Below, one piece after another: positions 7,965-16,073 of a DNA stretch of 32,000 nucleotides (its first letter is position 1; each line of letters begins with the position of its first letter). Made by a program: the position numbers and the translations under genes. The stretch is taken from contig NZ_CP021983.2 in the NCBI RefSeq assembly GCF_002075285.3, positions 810,001-842,000 of the forward strand. Reading direction: 5' to 3'. Under the pieces are notes generated by a model. That model searched no databases, was not told where the DNA came from, and saw only the letters and a program-made list of their open reading frames with translations. This DNA is from Halomicronema hongdechloris C2206. Its GTDB lineage: Bacteria; Cyanobacteriota; Cyanobacteriia; Phormidesmidales; Phormidesmidaceae.

Positions 7965-9155
7965 TTACGGTAGCGCCCCCGATACGGGCAACGCCAAGCC
8001 ACAGCCCCAGCGTTTGAGAGAGGGTCCCTCGCGGGGGAACCAGTCCAGGGGCCAGTCTTGCCAGGTGGCATGGTGATCGGGGAACGTGTCTTGCAAGACA
8101 TAAACGCTGCCAGCCGGGACGGCGTAGCGACCTCGCGACAGGACCTTAGGCTGGTTAGGTTGATGGACATCTTCTCCCTGCTGGTTCTTGCGGTTGCCCA
8201 GGCGGTAGCGAAACGTCGTGGGACGTTCCGTGATTAACGTGGCGACATCCCAGAGTTTGGCTAGGTCTCTGTTGATCTCTGCAAGCTGGTGGCGGCTCTT
8301 GTCGCCTTTCTTCAGCAGCCTGGGACTACGGTAAGACAGACGGTTTGAGCCCCAAACAGCCGGGGTAATCAAGGCAAAGCTTTTGCCCAACGGATGGGAT
8401 AGCAGCTTATGGAGTTCAGAACCTGCTGAGATCGGGTGACAGGTGAGCTCTACCATGTGTCCTTCACCGCCGAAGCGGTACCAGCCGTTTTCCACCGAGA
8501 GGTTGGAGAGATAGACCAAACACGTCTCAGGATGCATTTGCACCCCATTTTCTAAGAACAGACTGCCACGTTCGCGATCGGCATCGACCCGGCGTTCGTT
8601 TTCCATCAGGTAGGGATGGAGATGGGGGGTGTAACGCCAAGGATCACCGTAGACAGTCGGCTCCTGATAGTCGGGTTGCCATTCGTTCAGTTTTTTCCAA
8701 TCGTTGATGGCGACCCAGGTGCCTCCTTCAGGTTTACCGAGAGCTTTATCTGAGATAGGTTGCCAGCTCTGGCCATCCCACTCCAGGCGATTGACTAACG
8801 ATCCTTCAGACACGTCGGTTGCATCGTGCTGAGGCTCTAGCTTGGCCAGACAGTTCATGGGAGTAGGAACGTAGATATTTTCTCTATCGGCGGTGTGGGT
8901 CCACTGCCAGAAAGGACCCGCCAAACAGAGGGGCTTGAGGATGTCGTCTAGGGCTTGCTTACTCTCGGCGTGCTGAGCGTAGTGGGCCGCGATTAAGCCA
9001 GATAAGACGGCGGTACTAGGAGGGAATTGGCTGCCCGATCGCCCCACCAAGTTTTCCGGAGATAGAAATCGCCCGGTACTGCCATAGAGCAGACCCAACG
9101 GCTGGATGGTGATCAGGTATTGAAAGGGCGGTAAGGAGGGGCTATCGGTGGTCAT
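7965..9155 (-). CDS. cmr3: Cmr3 (Cas5-family)
   Basis: ITIQPLGLLYGSTGRFLSPENLVGRSGSQFPPSTAVLSGLI matches the Cmr3 N-terminal pattern. The gene lies directly downstream of cas10. Confidence 0.8.
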   Translation of the reverse strand: MTTDSPSLPPFQYLITIQPLGLLYGSTGRFLSPENLVGRSGSQFPPSTAVLSGLIAAHYAQHAESKQALDDILKPLCLAGPFWQWTHTADRENIYVPTPMNCLAKLEPQHDATDVSEGSLVNRLEWDGQSWQPISDKALGKPEGGTWVAINDWKKLNEWQPDYQEPTVYGDPWRYTPHLHPYLMENERRVDADRERGSLFLENGVQMHPETCLVYLSNLSVENGWYRFGGEGHMVELTCHPISAGSELHKLLSHPLGKSFALITPAVWGSNRLSYRSPRLLKKGDKSRHQLAEINRDLAKLWDVATLITERPTTFRYRLGNRKNQQGEDVHQPNQPKVLSRGRYAVPAGSVYVLQDTFPDHHATWQDWPLDWFPREGPSLKRWGCGLALPVSGALP

Positions 9156-9175
9156 AGCATTTTACGGGTGGCTGC

Positions 9176-11074
9176 TTAGGCGGCGAGTTGGGCCATGTCT
9201 GAGCGATTCAGGTGAAAGCCGACTTTGGCCAGGTTGATGACCCAGGTGTTGAAATCTCGCAGTACAAACCTATGGGTGTTAAGGCGCTGCCAGGCATCAT
9301 TAGAGCTATCGAACTCCGGCATGTATCGCTGAGGGTCACCCAAGATGCCGCTAAAGAGGCGCTTGCCGGTGTTGGGATCATCCCGGTTCCACCAGTTGGA
9401 TGGATGTCCTAATAGCTGACGATACGGACGACCAAAGTAAACCTCGATCAACCCGAGCGCTACATCAATCTGGGCGCCATGAAAGGCGTGGCGAGCTTCG
9501 AGGACAGCAATATCGTTATAGATATGGGTCCAGCCTGGATCGTTGCAGGTTGGCATTAACCCGCTTAAGTCATGGGTATCCAGAGAATCTAGATCCTGCG
9601 ATCCCGAAAAATCACCTTCCAACAGCCACCAGGGACAGACCCACTCCAAGTGATTACCGCCGTTGAACAAAATGCGAAAGGCGATGCGGTCTTTGCCGTG
9701 CCTCTTTGCCGACTTCTCTGCTTCGCGGCAATGCTGCAACACATCTCGCTGGGGCACCTTGGGAGCCGCCCACACAAACCCAACGCTCACCGTGATGGGT
9801 TTTGAGTCGTTATCAGAAGTCGGAGGAGCATTGCTCACCGCTGCCGAGGGGCGAGTCAGATCAGGATTCTCCCAAACGTGAGACTTAAAAGTACTGAACC
9901 AGTGCAGACACTCATGGGGCTGTATTTCTGCCCGTTCCCGGTAGAGCACCCCGAGAAAGTCATCGCCCCCCGCGTAAATCATGCGGCCATTGCCAGGCAG
10001 AATAGGCTCGGTTTGACCATTTCCATCCGCTTGGGGCCATTCGTTCTGGTACAGTCGTTGGCCCCACTGTCGCATTTGGCAACTAAAGTCGGTGTAATCC
10101 TCGTCGCTGTGGCAGTGATGGGCCAGATAGTTACCGGCGTTGTCGCCGTCGCCCATGAACCAGCCCGTCCAGTATTCCGGCTCTAGGGCTTGATTCGCTT
10201 TTTTATACTTGCGCTTGAGGCGATTTAAATCAGTAAACCTTTGTGGATCTAGTTCATGAGCAATGGCGGTGATGGATTGTAGCTGATCGCGATCGAGGTC
10301 ATAGTCTCTGACTTGGCTCTGGTAGTTCGTCTGGATTCTTTCAGAAAGGGCTTTGTGGGTGACTAAGCGCTTGACCAGCTCTGGAATGCTCAGTTCCTCG
10401 TCTGGATCGACGAAGGCAGCACCGTACTCAATGGCTTTCGTCTCAGGATCAGCAGGCGTGAGTCCGACGGCTTCTATGAATGCCTGACCCAGGGTTCGGC
10501 TCAGGGTGGCATAGAAGGCCTCAATTTCAGTCTTTTGCTGCTGGTAGTTGATGTCGCGGGGGCTGAGATACCCTAGCTTGGGCCAGGCGATGCCATCGGC
10601 CCCTGACAGAGTTGAGCTTTCACCCGTCCAGTTGACGCCCGTCCAGTTGCGGGAGCGTTTTTTCTCCAGCACTGCCGTTCTCGCGGCTGGGATGGAGCAT
10701 CCAGTTGCGATAAAGAACTCCCAGGCATACTTTGCCCACAGTCCCCAGGACCGTTCCCAGTAGTAGGCGTCGGATATCTTGCATTCGATCCACTGGCGGC
10801 AGGTATCTACCACACACTGCCAGGCAGAGAAGAAAGCCGTTTCAGTCTCTTCCGGCGGCACGTTACCACGAACGAGAATCAGATTCGGCATGCCCTGACG
10901 CACATTGGGCAGGGCTGGAGAGATCACAGAGCACTCTGGTTGGGCACTGCAAATCGCCCAGGATAAGAACGAGAGCAGGTAGGAGCTGCCATAGAGGTCT
11001 CGCAATTTGCGGGAGTTTTCAATAAAGCCTTGGATAGGAGCGAAGGTAATAGCCGTGTAGACGGGCTTAGACAT
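9176..11074 (-). CDS. cas10: Cas10/Cmr2 large subunit without an HD domain; cyclase palm motif intact
   Basis: The protein starts directly at the post-HD motif TFAPIQGFIENSRKLRDLYGSSYLLSFLS. It has WFMGDGDNAGNYL and MIYAGGDDFLGVLY (GGDD). At 632 aa it is too short to carry an N-terminal HD nuclease. Confidence 0.85.
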   Translation of the reverse strand: MSKPVYTAITFAPIQGFIENSRKLRDLYGSSYLLSFLSWAICSAQPECSVISPALPNVRQGMPNLILVRGNVPPEETETAFFSAWQCVVDTCRQWIECKISDAYYWERSWGLWAKYAWEFFIATGCSIPAARTAVLEKKRSRNWTGVNWTGESSTLSGADGIAWPKLGYLSPRDINYQQQKTEIEAFYATLSRTLGQAFIEAVGLTPADPETKAIEYGAAFVDPDEELSIPELVKRLVTHKALSERIQTNYQSQVRDYDLDRDQLQSITAIAHELDPQRFTDLNRLKRKYKKANQALEPEYWTGWFMGDGDNAGNYLAHHCHSDEDYTDFSCQMRQWGQRLYQNEWPQADGNGQTEPILPGNGRMIYAGGDDFLGVLYRERAEIQPHECLHWFSTFKSHVWENPDLTRPSAAVSNAPPTSDNDSKPITVSVGFVWAAPKVPQRDVLQHCREAEKSAKRHGKDRIAFRILFNGGNHLEWVCPWWLLEGDFSGSQDLDSLDTHDLSGLMPTCNDPGWTHIYNDIAVLEARHAFHGAQIDVALGLIEVYFGRPYRQLLGHPSNWWNRDDPNTGKRLFSGILGDPQRYMPEFDSSNDAWQRLNTHRFVLRDFNTWVINLAKVGFHLNRSDMAQLAA

Positions 11075-11241
11075 ACCAATAGGGGAAATAGGCAGTTAAC
11101 ACATAATTGCCCACCAACCTAGCCGCGAATGCTGGCAATTTAGGCAGATTTAATGTTTCTTTTGAAATCAGGAAGCCTGGCGCTACGAAGTTGCTCTAAT
11201 AAGCTTCAGCCCTAGCAATCTCTGAAAAGCTAGGGCGTAGC

Positions 11242-11262
11242 GTGGGTCGCAGTGCGACCCAC
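11242..11262. repeat. perfect 9-bp-stem hairpin GTGGGTCGC-AGT-GCGACCCAC upstream of cas10
   Basis: The palindrome is read directly from the sequence. It lies between the right inverted-repeat copy and the cas10 start. Confidence 0.7.
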
Positions 11263-11300
11263 CGACCCACGATCATGGTGCGAAGGTTGATGCAAAGTGC

Positions 11301-11371
11301 CGTGGGTTTCGTGCCTCAACCCACACTACGGTCGCTCTATAGGAGCGAATGCTGATTGAATGACTTAACCC
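11301..11371. repeat. right copy of the inverted repeat bracketing the effector module
   Basis: The reverse complement reads GGGTTAAGTCATTCAATCAGCATTCGCTCCTATAGAGCGACCGTAGTGTGGGTTGAGGCACGAAACCCACG, matching 599..669. Confidence 0.85.
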
Positions 11372-11386
11372 GAATTCAGGTTATTG

Positions 11387-12100
11387 TTACTGGCTTCTCA
11401 AAGCTTGGGTAATCTGAGCCGCATCAACCACTGCGCTAATCAGAGTGCCGCGCATATTGGACATGATGTAGTTGAAATCTTCAGGAAACGTGTTGACCGC
11501 TTCGATTATGCCCTTGACGTAAATCACCAGCACCGTTGGTCGGCGCCGTTGGGTGAGTTTCGCCGCCGCTTCCTTGACTAAAGCTTCCTTGCGCTCGGGC
11601 GATAGCGACGGCGTCATCAGATCCAGCACAAAGACATGGCTCTCAGGCCAGGCTCGTTCGGGGTCATAGAGAAACGGGGCCATCTGGAATCCGCGTGCGT
11701 CTAACAGGTCATACTCCGTGGGGTATCGTTCCGGCTCACCCGCCACAAATACATAATCCACCTGAGTACGGCCAATGGCGGCTTCTCGACCCACCATCTT
11801 TTTGATGTAGCCGATCTCCTCATCTACCTTAGTGGCAATCTGGCGATCTACTTCTGAACGCACCTGTTCCGCCACTGACAGCTTCACCTCTTGAATCGTC
11901 TGCTGCACTTCCTGGCGAGTGCGGACGCCAACGAAGGCCAGTAGAATGCCCACGACCACAAAGATCGTGCTGATGGCACCAACGAATAGGTTAAAGCTGG
12001 TGGTGAGCTGAGCGTGGGACTCTCGAAAGAGCTTAATCAGGTCAGTGGGGGTGGCGGGGTCAGACGTTGCCTGGGCGATGACAGCATGAAGCAAGACCAT
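11387..12100 (-). CDS. single-pass membrane protein with coiled-coil linker and a C-terminal alpha/beta (Rossmann-like) domain; family unknown
   Basis: TM helix FNLFVGAISTIFVVVGILLAFVGV, then a charged helical stretch, then alternating hydrophobic strands YVFVAG / HVFVLDL / TVLVIYVKG. The gene is on the same strand as cas10 and immediately upstream of it. Confidence 0.55.
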   Translation of the reverse strand: MVLLHAVIAQATSDPATPTDLIKLFRESHAQLTTSFNLFVGAISTIFVVVGILLAFVGVRTRQEVQQTIQEVKLSVAEQVRSEVDRQIATKVDEEIGYIKKMVGREAAIGRTQVDYVFVAGEPERYPTEYDLLDARGFQMAPFLYDPERAWPESHVFVLDLMTPSLSPERKEALVKEAAAKLTQRRRPTVLVIYVKGIIEAVNTFPEDFNYIMSNMRGTLISAVVDAAQITQALRSQ

Positions 12101-12338
12101 AGAAGCCAGTGGAGTTTAATGCACCTCAGTATAAATCTCGGGTCCGCCCTTCTTACATAGCCCCTCTCATTTTGGGAAATTTGCTTTCGCCCTGAGGAGA
12201 GCCTGGAGCATGGGTCATTTCCCAGGCCGCAAACAGCTATTCTCTGGCCCCGCGAGGACCCATGCTCCTCCAGGAAATAGCTGCCCGCATGCCTGCCGCA
12301 AAGGGCATCCAGAGAACCATGGCATCCTCAGAACGGAT

Positions 12339-12370
12339 CGGCTCCCCTGCTCCCCTTGTGAGAGTAGCGG
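12339..12370. repeat. 32-nt direct repeat flanking the Uma2 gene (left copy)
   Basis: CGGCTCCCCTGCTCCCCTTGTGAGAGTAGCGG compared with 13051..13082 CGGCTCCCCTGCTCCCCTCGTAGAAGTAGGGG: 28 of 32 identical. Confidence 0.6.
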
Positions 12371-12428
12371 CATCCTAACCCCTGGGCTATGCTGGCCCCA
12401 TAGCGATCTCCCTCCCCCGACACGCCCC

Positions 12429-13046
12429 ATGGTGACCATCCCGCTTCCCGATGCCCAGCTGATGAGCTTCGACGAGTTCATCGCCTGGAAACCCGACAAC
12501 CAACCCTATGAACTCCACCATGGCACCCCCATCGAGATGCAGCCCACCGGCGACCACGAAGAAATCATCGCCTTCTTAAATTCAGTGCTGGTACTGGAAG
12601 TGCATCGGCTGCAGCAGCCCTTGATGCTGCCCAAGCAAGCTCTGGTCAAACTCCCAGATGAAGACACCGCCTACCTGCCCGATGTGTTGCTGCTGAACCG
12701 CGAGGCCTTGCCCCAAGAACCCTTGTGGAAGCGAGCCTCAACCGTCACCCAAGGAATATCAGTGCCCTTGGTGATCGAGGTGGTCAGCACTAACTGGCGC
12801 GATGACTATGGCAAGAAACTGGTGGATTACGAGAGCCTGGGGATTGCCGAATATTGGATCGTTGACCACTTAGGATTGGGCGGACGTCGCTACATTGGCT
12901 ATCCCAAGCAGCCGACCCTCTCGGTCTATCGTCTGGTGGATGACGAGTATCAGGTCCGTCAGTTTCGAGGTCAGGAGCCGATCCAATCCGGGCTATTTCC
13001 CGATCTAGCATTAACGGCAACAGCGATTTTTCGAGCTGGGCCATGA
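12429..13046 (+). CDS. Uma2-family (DUF820) putative restriction-endonuclease-like protein
   Basis: MSFDEFIAW...YELHHGTPIEMQPTGDHEEI...YLPDVLLL...PLVIEVVSTNWRDDYGKKLVDYESLGIAEYWIVD is the typical Uma2 pattern. I start the gene at the ATG at 12429, because the 73 upstream codons of the listed ORF are P/C/G-rich junk. Confidence 0.8.
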   Translation: MVTIPLPDAQLMSFDEFIAWKPDNQPYELHHGTPIEMQPTGDHEEIIAFLNSVLVLEVHRLQQPLMLPKQALVKLPDEDTAYLPDVLLLNREALPQEPLWKRASTVTQGISVPLVIEVVSTNWRDDYGKKLVDYESLGIAEYWIVDHLGLGGRRYIGYPKQPTLSVYRLVDDEYQVRQFRGQEPIQSGLFPDLALTATAIFRAGP

Positions 13047-13050
13047 GGCT

Positions 13051-13082
13051 CGGCTCCCCTGCTCCCCTCGTAGAAGTAGGGG
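13051..13082. repeat. 32-nt direct repeat flanking the Uma2 gene (right copy)
   Basis: See 12339..12370. Confidence 0.6.
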
Positions 13083-13307
13083 CTGGGGGAAGAGGGAAAT
13101 TGCGAGGTGTCGTGCCTCGAGAATCTGCGGAATAGCGTAGACCTCTACCTGGATTCCGGGTCGCGCTGACGCTTGCCCGGAATGACGGTCATGCTTTCCA
13201 ATATTGGTTTAGCCGTCACAGGTATCACACTCCCGTCATTCCCGCGGCGGCGGGACTCCAAAGCACCAATCTCGGCAACGACTCAGAGCCCCCTGCATTG
13301 CAACGTC

Positions 13308-13601
13308 CCTTAATGTTGTTACAACGCGACTTGCTTTCGTTACATCAAAAGCTGCTCACGTTCGACCGCGACTTGCTTTTGTTACAACGATAGTTGCTTT
13401 CGTTACACCAAAAGCTGCTTTGCATCGAACAATAGTTGCTCACGTTATAACAATAGCTACTCACGTTGTAACAATAGTTGCTCACGTTGTAACAATAGCT
13501 GCTCACGTTACAACGAGACTTACTTTCGTTACACCAATAGCTGCTCTCGTTACAGCAAAAGCTGCTTTGCATCGAACGAAAGTAGCTCACGCTCGAACAA
13601 A
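13308..13601. repeat. tandem repeat, 14 copies of a 21-nt unit (consensus about GTTACAACAATAGCTGCTCAC)
   Basis: The units partition exactly every 21 nt from 13308. There are two alternating subtypes (..AAAAGCTGCT.. and ..GAGACTTGCTTTC). Both strands stay open because the period is a multiple of 3. Confidence 0.85.
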
Positions 13602-13943
13602 TCTACTTCTGAGTCTAAGCCCATCAAGTCACCAAACTCCCTACCCAGCCCGGCGTCTGGCCCGACTAGCCACCATCAGCGCCCAAGCAGATGCTGATCC
13701 CCCCTGAGGCTTACTCCAAACGCCAGCGCCTGACCTCAGTAAACTCCCCCAGGTCCACCCTGAAGCCCGCTTAAAAGTTCCCGAGAACTACTCAAGGCTC
13801 TTTAGGTTTAAATGCCTAGAGTATAGGAATAGTTCTAACGGGATGACCTACATCAAGGGCCAGGCTGCATCGGCAACACCGACATCAGGGTGTATATCAT
13901 TCCAGCAGAGCTGTCATATGTTCTTTAGCAAAAGGAGTGCATT

Positions 13944-14363
13944 ATGGCACGCCGTAAACGAAATTCAGCCACCCTTGAACAGGTAGAACGCCGTCTGGAA
14001 AGCATCCGCTCCATCGCCACCGATCTAGACCTGGGCGGCGGCCTCAGCGTCCAGAACTTCGCCATCATCGTCGGCGATCTGGCGGCCAAACTGGCAGCCT
14101 ACAACACCGCCCTCTCCAACATCGACAAAATGGCCGACGATGTTCGCGTCGCCGAACAAGCCGCCAAAACCATGGCCGAGAATATGCTGTTGGGCATCGG
14201 CAGCCACTATGGCAAAACCAGCCAAGAATATGGAATGGCAGGCGGGAGCCGCCGTCGAGGTTATCGCCATCCGCAGGTGGCAGATCCGGTCCCTGACCCC
14301 GTTACCATACCGGTGGTTGAGCCGTCCCAGAATGGGGCCAGCGCCGAGCCGGTTTTGGTTTAG
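13944..14363 (+). CDS. hypothetical protein, 139 aa, helical N-terminal part and P-rich tail
   Basis: A strong AAGGAG lies 8 nt upstream of the ATG. Composition is protein-like (LEQVERRLESIRSIATDLDLGGG...), and the gene has its own downstream terminator hairpin. No family recognised. Confidence 0.6.
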   Translation: MARRKRNSATLEQVERRLESIRSIATDLDLGGGLSVQNFAIIVGDLAAKLAAYNTALSNIDKMADDVRVAEQAAKTMAENMLLGIGSHYGKTSQEYGMAGGSRRRGYRHPQVADPVPDPVTIPVVEPSQNGASAEPVLV

Positions 14364-14420
14364 GGCCTTGGCGTGATGGTTTGTTGAAGCTGTCACTAGA
14401 TCACACCTTACTTACCCATT

Positions 14421-14454
14421 AAACCCCAGAGTTCTGAATGAACCCTGGGGTTTT
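14421..14454 (+). terminator. likely intrinsic terminator of the 139-aa gene
   Basis: AAACCCCAG-N15-CTGGGGTTT stem running into TTTT, 58 nt after the stop codon. Confidence 0.6.
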
Positions 14455-14591
14455 AATCATGACGCCATATCGAAGCAATGCTGAGATCATCGTCAGCGGC
14501 AATCGTCGCCCGCCCCAATTCACTTCCTACTATTTTCGACCAGACCTAAGTCTGGATCAATACAAATGTTTTGGTTTGGGAGTTATTTATT

Positions 14592-15596
14592 ATGTGTGAC
14601 CTTTATGTAGTAAAGCAAGGCACCTGCCTGCGTAAAGAGCATGGACGCTTTATTCTCAATCCGCCTGAAGATGACGGCTTAGAGATTCCTATTCGAGAGA
14701 TCGAGCGCATCCTGCTCTTTGGTAATATCCAGCTCAGCACTGCCGTGATCGGCACCTGTCTGCAGCAACAGATTCCGGTGGTCTTCCTCAGCCGAACCGG
14801 CATCTATAAAGGACATCTCTGGAGTGCTGAGCTTAGAGATTTAGAGGCTGAACGTAACCAGTTCCTGAACTATACCGATAGGACCTTTCACTTAGAAACT
14901 GCCCGAGCCATCATTCGCGGCAAGCTCGTGAACTCCAGGCAACTCTTACTGCGCCTCAACCGCAAGCGTCACCTGGAGACCGTCGCCAATGCTATTAGTG
15001 GAATTCAGCGAGACATTAATGCTTCAGAGACAGCGGGCTCCGTTGACCAACTGCGAGGCTACGAAGGCATTACGGCTGCTCGCTATTTTCCAGCCCTGGG
15101 TCAGTTATTGATCACCCCTGACTTTACCTTTGAAGAGCGCAACCGCCGCCCACCTAGGGATCCTGTCAACTCCCTACTGAGCTTTGGCTACACGCTGCTT
15201 TCGAACAATGTCATGAGTCTCATCCTGGCAGAGGGCTTAAATCCCTACCTGGGCAATCTCCACCGCTCCGATAAAAAACTACCGGAGCTGGTGCTCGACC
15301 TCATGGAAGAGTTTCGCTCCCCAGTCGTGGACACCCTGGTGGTGACGCTGATTAATCGCCGCACCCTGCACCCCGATGACTTTACCTGGCCCACCGAAAC
15401 CGGTGGCGTCTATATCGCCGATGCCGCCCGGCGACGGTTTATTCATGCCTTCGAAGCCAATATGAACCAAAGCGTTAAACATCCAGATGTGCAAGAACCG
15501 GTGACCTATCGCCGCGCTATTCACTACCAGGTGAAGCGCTATAAACGAGCCCTGCTGGAGGTTATACCTTACCAACCTTTCGTGAGGGCGGCCTAA
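14592..15596 (+). CDS. cas1: Cas1 integrase
   Basis: CDLYVVKQGTCLRKE..., LRGYEGITAARYF, RNRRPPRDPVNSLLSFGYTLL and LNPYLGNLH...LVLDLMEEFR are canonical Cas1 motifs. I take the ATG at 14592 rather than the listed TTG at 14571. Confidence 0.9.
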   Translation: MCDLYVVKQGTCLRKEHGRFILNPPEDDGLEIPIREIERILLFGNIQLSTAVIGTCLQQQIPVVFLSRTGIYKGHLWSAELRDLEAERNQFLNYTDRTFHLETARAIIRGKLVNSRQLLLRLNRKRHLETVANAISGIQRDINASETAGSVDQLRGYEGITAARYFPALGQLLITPDFTFEERNRRPPRDPVNSLLSFGYTLLSNNVMSLILAEGLNPYLGNLHRSDKKLPELVLDLMEEFRSPVVDTLVVTLINRRTLHPDDFTWPTETGGVYIADAARRRFIHAFEANMNQSVKHPDVQEPVTYRRAIHYQVKRYKRALLEVIPYQPFVRAA

Positions 15597-15871
15597 TGCT
15601 GGTGCTGATCACTTACGATATTCCCGATAATAAACGCCGCACCAAGTTGGCAACCTTTCTAGAAGGCTACGGACGACGGGTACAAAAAAGTGTGTTTGAA
15701 TGTTTTCTAACCCAAGCAGAAATGCAGGAGTTACATCGACGCATTCAACGCCGTGTTAATCCTGATGAAGATAATGTGCGCTTTTATTGGCTTACCCCTC
15801 AGTCCGTTGCCAAGAGTCTGGCCATTGGCAGCGACCCGCCTACCCCACCTCCCAATGTTTACATCATTTAA
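15596..15871 (+). CDS. cas2: Cas2
   Basis: MLVLITYDIPDNKRRTKLATFLEGYGRRVQKSVFEC. The start overlaps the cas1 stop (TAATG). Confidence 0.9.
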   Translation: MLVLITYDIPDNKRRTKLATFLEGYGRRVQKSVFECFLTQAEMQELHRRIQRRVNPDEDNVRFYWLTPQSVAKSLAIGSDPPTPPPNVYII

Positions 15872-16073
15872 ATGCCTCCCATCGACGCACCCCTACCAAT
15901 GGCTGTAGCTCCCATTCTCTCGTGGAGGTGCGTCGATGCCTTGCACCATCAGGGGTTTGAGCATTGGTTGGAGGCTGAAATGCTCGATTTTGAGCATGAT
16001 GGAGTATCCTGTTTAGCAGGTGCGTCGATTCAACGGCTGAAACCCGCTCCGGGCAAGGCCCCCCAGACGAACT
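15872..16073 (+). promoter_or_regulatory. CRISPR leader
   Basis: 202 nt between cas2 and the first repeat. The 11-mer GGTGCGTCGAT occurs at 15927..15937 and 16019..16029, and inverted at 15881..15891. Hairpins GAGCATT...AATGCTC and GCTC-GATTTT-GAGC lie in 15959..15995. Confidence 0.7.

Noticed and set aside
9212-11025. ORFs antisense to or out of frame with cas10
   Set aside because: Same reasoning. The 632-aa frame carries the Cas10 motifs continuously.
12210-12428. 73-codon N-terminal extension of the Uma2 ORF
   Set aside because: The extension is P/C/G/H-rich, overlaps a dispersed repeat (12339..12370), and has no counterpart in the Uma2 family. The ATG at 12429 gives a normal-length protein.
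13308-13601. Possible second CRISPR array
   Set aside because: The units are contiguous 21-mers with no intervening unique spacers. It is a plain tandem repeat.
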